Shown here: positions 27,463-38,572 of the stretch, one piece after another
How the letters are laid out: the number at the start of each line of letters is the position of its first letter
How positions within the stretch are numbered: position 1 is the stretch's first letter
NCBI GenBank assembly: GCA_964559455.1
Contig: CAZLHO010000007.1
Coordinates: forward strand, 14,636 to 78,635
Length of the DNA stretch: 64,000 nt
Source: an uncultured Fibrobacteraceae bacterium
GTDB taxonomy: Bacteria > Krumholzibacteriota > Krumholzibacteriia > LZORAL124-64-63
Direction: 5' to 3'
The notes under the pieces: model-generated
Databases searched by the model: none
Told to the model about the DNA's origin: nothing
The model's input: the letters and a program-made list of their open reading frames with translations, nothing else
Translations under genes and position numbers: made by a program

Positions 27463-28044
27463 ATGAGCGCCCGGATCACCATCGTCCTCGTCCTCGCCGC
27501 GTTGCTGGCCGTGGCCGCGCCCGCCGCCGCCTGGGAGCACCACGGCTACACCGACCGCCACGACAACCACCTGGACCGCGCATCGCTGGAACTCGACGAC
27601 GACGGCGTCCTGGTCGTGGAGCACCACCGCTACGACGACGTGCTCGAAATCTCGCCCGACGGCACGATCGTCCTGAACGGCGATCGGCTCGAGCTGGACG
27701 CCGACGCCACCAAGCTGGCGAAGCGTTACCACCGGCTGGGCGTGAAGATCTGCGAACGGGCCGAGATCATCGGCGAGAAGGGCGCGGCCCTGGGCGGCTA
27801 TGGCGCCCTGGTCGCCGTCAAGGCCCTGAGCAAGGTCTTCGCCGAGTTCGGCGTCGACGACGACGACGACCTGGACCGGCTCGACCGCATCGACATCGAC
27901 ACCGTCGACTTCGACCGGCTCGGGGACGAGATCGAGGAGGAGGCCGAGGTCATCGAGGAATGGGCCGACGAGATGGACGAGATCGCCGACGACCTCTCCG
28001 AGCGCTCCCGCGACCTGCGCCGGCTGCGCTGGTTCCGCTCATAG
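27463..28044 (+). CDS. Secreted highly acidic hypothetical protein
   Basis: Signal peptide MSARITIVLVLAALLAVAAPAAA. The mature part is His-rich near the N-terminus (WEHHGYTDRHDNH...VEHHRYDD). The C-terminal third is extremely D/E-rich (VDDDDDLDRLDRIDIDTVDFDRLGDEIEEEAEVIEEWADEMDEIADDL). Confidence 0.5.
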   Translation: MSARITIVLVLAALLAVAAPAAAWEHHGYTDRHDNHLDRASLELDDDGVLVVEHHRYDDVLEISPDGTIVLNGDRLELDADATKLAKRYHRLGVKICERAEIIGEKGAALGGYGALVAVKALSKVFAEFGVDDDDDLDRLDRIDIDTVDFDRLGDEIEEEAEVIEEWADEMDEIADDLSERSRDLRRLRWFRS

Positions 28045-28069
28045 ACAGGACCGCCGTACCGACAAGAAC

Positions 28070-28106
28070 GCCGCCCTCCGGATCTCCGGGGGGCGGCTTT
28101 TCGCTC
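28070..28106 (+). terminator. Rho-independent terminator (possibly bidirectional) between convergent genes
   Basis: Stem GCCGCCC/GGGCGGC with inner TCCGGA...TCCGG palindrome, then TTTTCGCTC. Confidence 0.4.
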
Positions 28107-28119
28107 GGTGAAGCCGAGC

Positions 28120-28869
28120 TCAGACGTCCAGGCTGGGCACGTCCTCGCCCGTGTGCCTGGGATCGAGCCAGTAGCTCTGCTCGGGCGGCTCGACCCGGGG
28201 CGTCGTCAGCACCAGCGCCAGCAGCCCCCCGTAGAGCAGGGAGACGATGGCGACGGGGATCCACCGCGGAACGCCGCTGAGCAGGAGGATGCCCGGCTCG
28301 CCCATGGTCTCTCCCGGCGGGAAGAGGACGGCGCGGCCGAACCAGGCCAGCAGCAGGAAGATGAAGATGTACGAGTAGTTCCGCAGCAGGCGGGCCTTGA
28401 TGGCCTGGGCCTTGGTGATCTTGAACTTGGGATGCAGCAGGTCCTCGGCCACCTGGTCGCCCCAGCGCGCGATGGGGCTGATCGGGTCCCGGCGCAGGAT
28501 GGGACCGTAGAAGTTCTCCTCGATCATGCGCACCCGCGTGCGCCAGACGTCGAAGAAGCGGAAGCGGCGCGCCTCGTGCAGCAGGAAGACGAGGTTCGTG
28601 AACATGCCCGTGATCAGGGTCTCCTGGGCGAACCGGGGATTGCTGAAGCTGAAGGTGAGGATGGCGACGGTCGAGAGGATGGCCCAGTTCGTGGTCGTGT
28701 CCAGGCGAGTGCGCCAGGCCAGCGCCCGCGCGCTCTCGCCCCGGTAGAGGTGCACCAGGGCGGCGACGTACTCCGCCCGCGCCAGGGGCTGACCCTCGTA
28801 GTCGGCCCGCGCCGTGGGGTCGGAATCGCCCGAGGCCGGGTAGTCGGTGTCGTGTCGGTCCTTGTTCAT
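28120..28869 (-). CDS. DUF2270-family integral membrane protein
   Basis: 249 aa. WRTRLDTTTNWAILSTVAILTFSF...FRFFDVWRTRVRMIEENFY matches the conserved DUF2270 core with flanking TM helices. Confidence 0.6.
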   Translation of the reverse strand: MNKDRHDTDYPASGDSDPTARADYEGQPLARAEYVAALVHLYRGESARALAWRTRLDTTTNWAILSTVAILTFSFSNPRFAQETLITGMFTNLVFLLHEARRFRFFDVWRTRVRMIEENFYGPILRRDPISPIARWGDQVAEDLLHPKFKITKAQAIKARLLRNYSYIFIFLLLAWFGRAVLFPPGETMGEPGILLLSGVPRWIPVAIVSLLYGGLLALVLTTPRVEPPEQSYWLDPRHTGEDVPSLDV

Positions 28870-28908
28870 GCGCCGATGCTAGCCCAGCCGGGGCCCTCGA
28901 CGCAAGCG

Positions 28909-29691
28909 CTAGCCCTTGACCGGATAGCGCCCGGCCAGCGCCTCGCGCAGGATCGTCACGACGTCCGCCCCGAAATCCTTGCCCAGCATCCACCGCAGAT
29001 AGTCGGGCGTCTCGACGGCCACCGATTCCAGCGGCCGGCCGCGGTGCTTGCCGAAGTTGAAGACGGGCCGGCCCTGGTCGTCCCAGGCGAACTTGCGCCC
29101 GACGTCGATGAAGCGGCCCTCGTCGGGGTTGCAGAAGCGGTGCAGCTCGTCGGGATCGCGGGGCAGGTCGGCGTAGTGCCCGACCTGGGCGTCGAGCACG
29201 TCCAGGGTCGCCTCGACGTCGGCCAGGGCCGAGTGGGCGCCCTCCAGCTCCCGGCCGCAGTAGACGCGACAGGCCGCCGACAGGTCGCGGGGCTCCATGG
29301 TGTGGAAGATGCGGCAGGCGTCGAAATGGCGCCGGCCCGCGACCTCGAATTCGAAGCCGACCCGGCGCAGGTCCGTCACCAGCAGCGGCAGATCGAAGCG
29401 CACCGAGTTGTAGCCGGCCAGGTCGGCCCCGGCGAAGAGCTCCAGGATGCGGGGCGCCAGGCCGGCCAGGCGGGGGGCGTCGGCCACGTCCTCGTCGGTG
29501 ATGTGATGCACGGCCGTGGCCTGCTCGGGGATCGGCATCTCGGGATTGACCAGGCTGCGGAAGGTCTCGCGCCGGCCGTCGGGATCCACGCGCACCACGG
29601 CGATCTCGACGATGCGGTCGACGGCGGGGTCGACGCCGGTGGTCTCCAGGTCGAAGGCGGCCAGCGGCCGCGTGAGCTCGAGGTTCTTCAT
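28909..29691 (-). CDS. DEDDh 3'-5' exonuclease (DnaQ-like domain) with uncharacterised C-terminal extension
   Basis: Exo I motif AAFDLETTGVD. Exo III motif HSALADVEATLDVL. Start at MKNLEL (complement at 29689-29691). Confidence 0.7.
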   Translation of the reverse strand: MKNLELTRPLAAFDLETTGVDPAVDRIVEIAVVRVDPDGRRETFRSLVNPEMPIPEQATAVHHITDEDVADAPRLAGLAPRILELFAGADLAGYNSVRFDLPLLVTDLRRVGFEFEVAGRRHFDACRIFHTMEPRDLSAACRVYCGRELEGAHSALADVEATLDVLDAQVGHYADLPRDPDELHRFCNPDEGRFIDVGRKFAWDDQGRPVFNFGKHRGRPLESVAVETPDYLRWMLGKDFGADVVTILREALAGRYPVKG

Positions 29692-29732
29692 GGAGCGGAC
29701 CTCCCTGCCGGGCCGCCGGGGCGGCGGCGCCG

Positions 29733-29766
29733 AAAAAAAAAGGTCCCGGCCGCGGGGGCCGGGACC
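29733..29766 (-). terminator. Rho-independent terminator for ilvE (minus strand)
   Basis: Perfect 10-bp stem GGTCCCGGCC / GGCCGGGACC with loop GCGGG, immediately followed on the transcribed (minus) strand by a T9 run (A9 on the plus strand at 29733-29741). Confidence 0.65.
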
Positions 29767-29778
29767 CGGGACCTTCAT

Positions 29779-30873
29779 CTAGGTGTACTGGAATTCCGGG
29801 ATCTTGAAAACCCATTCCGGATGCAGCTCGCTGACGCCGGTGTGGATCCCGCAGAGCGACTCCCGCAGCTTGCGGGTGACCGGGCCCTCGCCGCCGTCGC
29901 CGATCACGTGGTCGGCGCCCTGGTAGTGCAGCGTGCCCACCGGGGTCACCACCGCGGCGGTGCCGCAGGCGAAGACCTCCTTCAGCACGCCGCTCTCGGC
30001 GTCGGCCATGATCCGGGCCACCAGCGGCGGCTCCTCGGTCCAGTTGAAGCCGAAGTCCCCGCAGAGGATGCCGATGGAGTCGCGGGTGACGCCGGGCAGG
30101 ATCGTGTCGCCGATCGGCGCCGTGATGATGCGGTCCTCGTAGACGAAGGCGATGTTCATCGCCCCCATCTCCTCGATCATGGTCCTGGTGACGTCCAGCC
30201 AGACGATCTGGTCGAAGCCCTCTTCCCGGGCCCGCTTGATCGGCAGCAGCGCCGCGGCGTAGTTGCCGCCGGTCTTGGCCGAGCCGACGCCCCCGGGCGC
30301 CGAACGCACGCACTCCTCCTCGACCTTCAGCCGCAGCGGGTTGATGCCGCCGGCGAAGTACGAGCCCACCGGCCCGATGATGATGTAGAAGAGGTAGGTC
30401 TGCGAGGGCTGCACGCCCAGGCCGACGTGCGTGGCGATCATCGTCGGCCGGATGTAGAGGGCGTCGGGCGACTCGGGCACCCAGGCGCGGTCGAGGTCGA
30501 TCAGCCGGTTCAGCGCCTCCATGAAGAGCGCCGGGTCGACCGGCGGCATGCACATCCGCAGGCAGGAGCGGTTGAAGCGGGCGATGTTCATGTCGGCCCG
30601 GAACATGTGCACCGAGCCGCCGCCGGGGGCGGCGTAGGCCTTCATGCCCTCGAAGATCTCCTGGCCGTAATGCAGGACCTTCGTGGCCGGATCCAGGGAC
30701 AGCGGGCCGTAGGGGACGATGCGCGGATCCTGCCAGGCGCCGTCCTTGTATTCCATCATGAACATATGCGGCGTGAAGATGGCGCCGAATCCGTAGTTGC
30801 CGTCGGCGGGCGGCGCCGCGGGGTTGGGATTGCGCGTGATCTTGATCTCCATCGTGCCCTCCTGTTGGGACAT
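29779..30873 (-). CDS. ilvE: Branched-chain amino acid aminotransferase (class IV PLP, BCAT type II)
   Basis: 364 aa with a full-length BCAT match (HYGQEIFEGMKAY...RPENIARFNRS-like ADMNIARFNRSCLRM ... GTAAVVTPVG). Confidence 0.85.
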   Translation of the reverse strand: MSQQEGTMEIKITRNPNPAAPPADGNYGFGAIFTPHMFMMEYKDGAWQDPRIVPYGPLSLDPATKVLHYGQEIFEGMKAYAAPGGGSVHMFRADMNIARFNRSCLRMCMPPVDPALFMEALNRLIDLDRAWVPESPDALYIRPTMIATHVGLGVQPSQTYLFYIIIGPVGSYFAGGINPLRLKVEEECVRSAPGGVGSAKTGGNYAAALLPIKRAREEGFDQIVWLDVTRTMIEEMGAMNIAFVYEDRIITAPIGDTILPGVTRDSIGILCGDFGFNWTEEPPLVARIMADAESGVLKEVFACGTAAVVTPVGTLHYQGADHVIGDGGEGPVTRKLRESLCGIHTGVSELHPEWVFKIPEFQYT

Positions 30874-30984
30874 TACCGGGGCGTTCCCCGTGAGGACTGG
30901 GAGTCCGTGGCCGGGCGGGGGCGACCGTGCTCTATCCTGGTCAAACGGAGGGGGAAAATCAAGGTTTCGGGCGATTCCGGATGC

Positions 30985-32304
30985 TCAGGCCTCGCCGGCC
31001 ATGGCCTTGGGCTTCTCCGGCGGCTCCTCGTCCACGCCCCGGGCCGACGCCCCCTCCGGGCGAGCCGACGCGCTGCCGGCGGGCGTGCGCAGGCGCGGCA
31101 GCAGGACGCGGCCGCCCAGGCCGGCGCCGATCTCGAAGACCCCGGCGGCGAAGAGCACCCGCGCCACGCCCACGACACGAGCGAGCAGAGGGCCGGCCAG
31201 CACCGAGAGCAGGCTCATCGGGCCCAGCAGGGGATTGAGCCAGCCGAAGATCCGGCCGCGCCGCTCCGGCGGCGTCTCGCGCTGCAGGAAGGTGGTCAGG
31301 TTCACCTGCAGCCCGGTGCTGATCGCGCCGAAGGCGCCGAAGAGCAGGATCGCCCCGGCCAGGGTCCGGTTCAGCGTGAAGGCGATCAGCAGCAGGCCGT
31401 CCAGGGCCACCAGCCAGGTCACCGAGACCAGCGGCCGCGCGTTGTCGCGGCTCAGCCCCGCGGCCACGGCGCCGACCAGGCCGCCCAGCCCGGCGGCGGC
31501 GAAGATGAAGCCCAGCTCGCCCTCCCCTCGGCCCAGCCCGTTCCTGATGAAGTCGAAGACCAGGGGCGGCTGCATCGCGGTGACCACGGTGACCACGGCC
31601 AGGAAGGCGACCGCGAAGCGTAGGCGGGGCTCGCGCCAGATCCAGACGGCGCCCCGGCCCGCCTCACGCCACAACGAGGCCGGGCTCGTCGATCCGATCG
31701 GCGGCGGTTCGCTCGTTTCGTCGCTTTCGACATCCTCGGGAGGCAGGTAGCGGAAGCGGACGGAGACCAGGATCAGCGCCGAGGCGAGGAAGGTGCCGGC
31801 GTCGGCGAGGAAGGCGGTGCGGACGCCCAGCGAGGCCACGATCAGGCCGCCGGCCGCCATGCCGACCAGCAGGACCACGTTGGTCGTCAGCATCGCCAGG
31901 GCGTTGGTCTGCTGCAGGTGGCTGCGCGGCACGATCTCCGGCAGCAGCGTCAGGCGGGCCGGCCCGCTGAACTGCCTACCCACGGCCACGACCAGGGTCA
32001 GGGCGTAGACGCCGGCCAGGCTCGGCGCGAAGGGGATCAGGGCCACTGCGACGGCGCTGCCCAGATCGCTCCAGACCATCACCGCCTTGCGCGAGCAGCG
32101 GTCCAGCAGGACGCCGACCGCCGGCCCCAGCAGGATGCCGGGCAGGATCTGCATCGCGGCCAGCAGGCCGAGGCTGGCCACGTCGCCGGTTCGATCCAGG
32201 ACCAGGGAGAAGAGGGCGATGAGCACGATCTTGTCGCCGAGTCCCGAGACGAACATGGCCGACCAGACCGAGAGAAAGCTGCGATTGGCGAGAACGTCCT
32301 TCAC
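30985..32304 (-). CDS. MFS transporter (EntS/enterobactin-exporter-like)
   Basis: 439 aa with 12 TM helices and MFS_3-like motifs (GDKIVLIALFSLVLDRTG ... LLDRCSRK). Confidence 0.75.
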   Translation of the reverse strand: MKDVLANRSFLSVWSAMFVSGLGDKIVLIALFSLVLDRTGDVASLGLLAAMQILPGILLGPAVGVLLDRCSRKAVMVWSDLGSAVAVALIPFAPSLAGVYALTLVVAVGRQFSGPARLTLLPEIVPRSHLQQTNALAMLTTNVVLLVGMAAGGLIVASLGVRTAFLADAGTFLASALILVSVRFRYLPPEDVESDETSEPPPIGSTSPASLWREAGRGAVWIWREPRLRFAVAFLAVVTVVTAMQPPLVFDFIRNGLGRGEGELGFIFAAAGLGGLVGAVAAGLSRDNARPLVSVTWLVALDGLLLIAFTLNRTLAGAILLFGAFGAISTGLQVNLTTFLQRETPPERRGRIFGWLNPLLGPMSLLSVLAGPLLARVVGVARVLFAAGVFEIGAGLGGRVLLPRLRTPAGSASARPEGASARGVDEEPPEKPKAMAGEA

Positions 32305-32331
32305 GGGGCTCCGTCTCCCGCGATGCGGGGC

Positions 32332-33643
32332 TCATTCCTCCACGACGACAACGTCGGTCTCGCGGGCCAGCAGGCGCTGCAGCTCGTCCTCCCGCATGCG
32401 CACGTCGATGAGGCAGGCCTCGGCTCCGTGGTCGACGCCCAGGACGGCGCGGGTGCGGTGGAACACGGCGACCAGATCCATCCGGTGCACCGGCAGGCGC
32501 AGCCGGTAGACCCTCTCGCGGGCCAGCAGGCGCCTCTCCAGGGCCGACCGTACTTCCCTGACGCCGTCTTCGGCAAGCGCGGAAATGAAAAGGGTTTCTC
32601 CATCGTCGCGTCCGAAGCGGTTCACGAAACGCTGCTGCAGTTCGGGCTCCAGGCGGTCCAGCTTGTTGAAGACCGTCAGGATCGGGCGCGCGTCGGGCAC
32701 GATGTCGGCCAGCACGTCGTTCACCGCATCGATCCGGCGCTGCGGCTCGGGGTCGGAGGCGTCGACGACGTGCACCAGCAGGTCGGCCTCGACGACCTCC
32801 TGCAGGGTCGTCCGGAAGCTCTCGACCAGGTGGTGGGGCAGCCGGCGGATGAAGCCGACGGTGTCGGTCAGCAGGAAGCGGCGCCGCTCGTCCAGCTCGA
32901 CCCGTCGCGTGGTCGCGTCCAGGGTGGCGAAGAGCTTGTCCTCGACCAGCACCTCCGCCTCGGTCAGGGCGCGCATCAGGGTCGACTTGCCGGCGTTGGT
33001 GTAGCCGACCAGCGCGGCGGTGAAGACCTCCTGCCTGCGCTGGGCCCGCACCGCGCGCTGCCCGGCGATCGCCTCGAGCTCGCTCTTCAGGCGGGCGATG
33101 CGCTTGCCGACGAGCCGGCGGTCGGTCTCGAGCTGGGTCTCGCCGGGACCGCGCGTGCCGATGCCGCCGCCCTGGCGTTCCAGGTGGGACCAGAGCTTGC
33201 GCAGGCGGGGCATCATGTACTGCAGCTGGGCCAGTTCGACCTGCAGCCGGGCCTGCCGCGTCCGGGCGTGGCGCACGAAGATGTCCAGGATCAGCTCGGT
33301 GCGGTCGAGCACCGACACGCCGCGGCCCGCGGCCTGGTCCTCGGCGTTGAGCGCCTTCTCGACGTTGCGGGCCTGCGCGGGCGAGAGGTCGTTGTCGAAG
33401 ACGACCAGACGGGCCTCTGTCCGCTCCACCAGTTCCTGCAGGTCCTCCAGCTTGCCCTTGCCCAGGAAGGTCGCGCCGTCGGGGCGGTCGCGGCGCTGCA
33501 GCACCGACCCCACCACCTCGCCGCCGGCGGTGTCGGTCAGCCGGCCCAGTTCGCCCAGGTCGGCGTCGCCGCCGCCGATCGCGCCGAAGCGTTCCGGCAG
33601 GTGCACGCCGACCAGGATCGTCCTCTGACGATCGACGACCTCG

Positions 33644-33666
<23 letters not shown>
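32332..33666 (-). CDS. hflX: GTPase HflX
   Basis: HflX N-domain plus the G-domain motifs GYTNAGKSTLMRALT, DTVGF and NKLD. Start at MTKYQAV (complement at 33664-33666). The track ORF is over-extended. Confidence 0.85.
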
Positions 33667-35599
<1,933 letters not shown>

Positions 35600-35678
35600 G
35601 GCGTCGTCCGGCGTCGCGCCGCGGGAAAAAAGCCCCTCCCGCGGAGGGAAGGGGCTCGATTCGCGGCGGGAATCCGCC

Positions 35679-36587
35679 TCAGGATTCGGGGTGCGGACTC
35701 TTGCGGAATTTCAGCGGCGACACTCCGCAGCGCTCCTTGAAGGTGCGCGAGAAGTGGGCCAGGCTGTTGAAGCCGCAGAGCTTGGAGATCTCCTCGATGG
35801 AAAGGTCGAAGCGTCGCAGCAGCTTCTTGGCGTTGTTGACCCGGATCTGGATCAGGTAGTCGCTGAAGCTCATCCCCACCTCGTTGCGGAAGAGGTTGGA
35901 GAAGTAGCCGGGCGACAGCGAGACCATCTCGGCCATCAGGTCGCGGTTGACGGGCTGCCGGAAGTTCTTCAGCACGAAGCGGCAGGTGTACTCGGCGCGG
36001 TAGTCGTTGATCTCCGGCTTGGCGCTGATCTCCTTGCCGGCCTCCACGTTCTCGAGTCGGACCTCGGGCAGCGGCCCGGACCAGAGCGCCGCGTCCGCGG
36101 GCAGTGGCGCGATTCCGGGCTCCAGGTGCGCAGAGGCGCCGGCGGGAGCGGCGGCGGACTCGAGATCGGCCGTCGCCTCGGCGTCGGCATCCTCGCCGTC
36201 CGGGCGGGACAGGAATTCGAGCACGTGCTGCGCCGACTTCTGCAGGTTCGAGCGCTGGGCCACCAGGGCCGGCACGTGCAACTGCTCCTGATAATGCTCG
36301 AGCATCGGCTTCAGCGAAGCGCCGCTCTCGGCGGCGTAGACGAAGATGAGTCCGGGGCGGTGGCGGCCGGCCCCGTTCTCTCCGGTGGCGAGCTCGTGGA
36401 TCTGGATCTGCGGGCCGAACAGCGCCAGGCAGAGTTCCGTCGGGTTCTTCTCCGCCGCCGGGCAGAGGAAGAGGATCGTCCGCGACGACTCTCGGCGGGC
36501 AGCACCCGCGCCCCTACCGGGGCGCGACAGGAACTCCACTGCGAAGCCAGTCCATGCTTCCGTGATCGGTTCCAGTCTTTGCTTCAC
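35679..36587 (-). CDS. AraC-family transcriptional regulator with degenerate receiver-like N-terminal domain
   Basis: The C-terminal double HTH is FVLKNFRQPVNRDLMAEMVSLSPGYFSNLFRNEVGMSFSDYLIQIRVNNAKKLL...ISKLCGFNSLAHFSRTFKERCGVSPLKFRK. Confidence 0.7.
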   Translation of the reverse strand: MKQRLEPITEAWTGFAVEFLSRPGRGAGAARRESSRTILFLCPAAEKNPTELCLALFGPQIQIHELATGENGAGRHRPGLIFVYAAESGASLKPMLEHYQEQLHVPALVAQRSNLQKSAQHVLEFLSRPDGEDADAEATADLESAAAPAGASAHLEPGIAPLPADAALWSGPLPEVRLENVEAGKEISAKPEINDYRAEYTCRFVLKNFRQPVNRDLMAEMVSLSPGYFSNLFRNEVGMSFSDYLIQIRVNNAKKLLRRFDLSIEEISKLCGFNSLAHFSRTFKERCGVSPLKFRKSPHPES

Positions 36588-36816
36588 GACTGTCCCCCTC
36601 GATTACGAAACGCTCCGTCGTATGCAAGTCCACAGCTGCGGTTCAGGGTAAAAAAGCACGAATTTAGATATCGTACGATGATTATAGACGCACCATCAAT
36701 GGCTAACAAGCACTTTTGTAGTGGTAACTCGCTGTGCATAAGCACAATAGGCGGCAGATGCCTGAATGCCAACGAAATAGATGATCTCACCTGTAGACAA
36801 TAAAAGATTCCCGGCC
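36588..36816. promoter_or_regulatory. AT-rich (low-GC) island: likely promoter/regulatory region of the AraC gene, possibly harbouring a small RNA
   Basis: A 230 nt stretch far below the window GC (e.g. ATTTAGATATCGTACGATGATTATAGACG ... GACAATAAAAGATTCCC) lying between a T9SS-cargo gene stop and the AraC start. Confidence 0.3.
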
Positions 36817-38568
36817 TCATCGGAGCAGGGTGACGCGCTTGGTGACCGACCAGTTCTCTATCTGCAGCTTGCAGAAATAGGTGCCCGCGGCGACGGGGCG
36901 GCCGGTGGCGTCGGACCCGTTCCAGGCGGCCTCGTAGAGGCCGGCGGCGCGCGGGCCGGAGTGGAGAGTGGCGACTTCGTGGCCGGCCACGGAGTAGACC
37001 TTCAGCGTGACCTGGGGCGGCGAAGCGGCGTAGGGGATGGGGTCGCCGGGAGCCAGCGCGGGCTCCTGGCCTTCGCCCCAGACGAAGCCCTCGCCGACGG
37101 TGTCGGGCACGCGGTAGCGCACGTTGATCCGGTCGCGGAAGGGATTGGGGAAGTTCTCGAGCAGCGAAGGGGCCAGCGTCGGCGGGCTGCCGTCCCGCCC
37201 GCCGAGCCCGTCGTCGGCGTCCGCCGGAACCGCGGGCGAATCGGCGTCGATCACCGGGACGACGGCGGTGAAGATCCGCCCGCAGGCGAAGGATCCGTCG
37301 AGCGTCAGCGTCGCGCCGGGCGCGGGCGCGCCGCCGTCGAAATCGAAACCCAGGTCGCCGGGCACCATGTGCCGGAACTCCAGGCCATGCGCCAGGTAGG
37401 CATCGATGCGCTCCGCGGAGGCGGCGGGGTCGGCGAGGTTAGTCGCCGCCCAGTTCCGATCCCAGGATCGCGCCGAGGAGGGCGCCTCCGGGGCGGGCTT
37501 CCAGAAGATGCGCCCCGGCGCGGCCAGGGGAACGCCGTCGCGGACAAGGGCGCCGGGATCGATCAGGGTGTTGTCTCCGGTCTGCGCCGCGAAGACCAGG
37601 CGCCAGCTCCCGTCGGCCTCGACCTCGGCGCGGGCCGCCGGTATCCGGCCGCGCTGGCAGACGGGGCAGAGGGGCGGCACGACCCAGGGCACGTCGGCGG
37701 CGGCAGGGTCGGCGCGCACGCCGGCGCGCACGGCCAGGGCCACGGCGGCGGCGTGATGCAGCTGGAGCAGGGTCGGCGCCGCGCAGACGGCCAGATCCAG
37801 GCCCGCCGGCCCATGGGGAAGGATGAGGGTCCGGCCCTGGATCACCGGCGGGGAGGGAACGCCGCGCGGAAAGACCGTCACGCCGAGCCAATACCCGTCC
37901 GGCTCGGCCGGAGCGGCCGCGTAGAGACGGATCGGAGTCGCCGGTCCGGCATGCGTCGGAACGTCGAGGGGGGAATCCCGCCAGGCGCCCGAGGACAGGG
38001 CCAGGTCCAGTCCGCCGGCGAGGCCGGCGCCGGCGGCGTCGACCAGGTCCGTGGCGACGAAGACTGCGCCCTCCAGATGGGAATAGCCCCAGTGATAGGC
38101 CTCGACGTGTCGCCGTCCGTCGCCGCGGGGGATGTCGACGACCTGCATGGCGTCGCTGATGGCGGCGTAGTCCTCGTCGACCAGGCCGTCGCCGTCATTG
38201 TCCCGGCCGTCGGCGCGATCCTCGTCCACCAAGCCGTCGCCGTCATCGTCGGCGTGGCGCGAGAAGCCGCGGTGGCCGCCGGCGACGCCTTCGGCGAGGC
38301 GGGCGCGGAAGGGCGCCGGCCCGTCGGGGATCGCAGCCTCGGTCGGGGAGATGACGAGCAGCGGGCTCCCGGCGCGGCCCAGCACGAGCGCGCCGTCGTC
38401 GCCCAGCGCGGCCGCGATGTCGGATCGACCCAGGCGCACGGACGCCGGAGCGTCGGCCGCGGCTGCGGCGGGCGCCGGCAAGAGGACGAGGGCGGCCGCG
38501 GACAGCGCCGCGGCGCGGAGCAGGCGCCGGATCCCCGTGAGGATTCCGCCGCGCGTTTCTATGGGCAT
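36817..38568 (-). CDS. Secreted protein with calcium-binding (thrombospondin-type-3-like) Asp repeats and T9SS/FlgD-Ig-like C-terminal sorting domain
   Basis: Signal peptide LLRAAALSAAALVLLPAPAAAAA. Repeats DDDGDGLVDEDRADGRDNDGDGLVDED. The C-terminus is NFPNPFRDRINVRYRVP...VTLKVYSVAGHEVATLHSG...GTYFCKL. The start is 4 nt after the gyrA stop. Confidence 0.65.
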   Translation of the reverse strand: MPIETRGGILTGIRRLLRAAALSAAALVLLPAPAAAAADAPASVRLGRSDIAAALGDDGALVLGRAGSPLLVISPTEAAIPDGPAPFRARLAEGVAGGHRGFSRHADDDGDGLVDEDRADGRDNDGDGLVDEDYAAISDAMQVVDIPRGDGRRHVEAYHWGYSHLEGAVFVATDLVDAAGAGLAGGLDLALSSGAWRDSPLDVPTHAGPATPIRLYAAAPAEPDGYWLGVTVFPRGVPSPPVIQGRTLILPHGPAGLDLAVCAAPTLLQLHHAAAVALAVRAGVRADPAAADVPWVVPPLCPVCQRGRIPAARAEVEADGSWRLVFAAQTGDNTLIDPGALVRDGVPLAAPGRIFWKPAPEAPSSARSWDRNWAATNLADPAASAERIDAYLAHGLEFRHMVPGDLGFDFDGGAPAPGATLTLDGSFACGRIFTAVVPVIDADSPAVPADADDGLGGRDGSPPTLAPSLLENFPNPFRDRINVRYRVPDTVGEGFVWGEGQEPALAPGDPIPYAASPPQVTLKVYSVAGHEVATLHSGPRAAGLYEAAWNGSDATGRPVAAGTYFCKLQIENWSVTKRVTLLR

Positions 38569-38572
38569 GTGA

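Noticed and set aside
27950-31623. 867 aa minus-strand and 1171 aa plus-strand ORFs
   Set aside because: They overlap DUF2270, exonuclease, ilvE and MFS genes. Arg/Pro/Gly-rich with no signatures.
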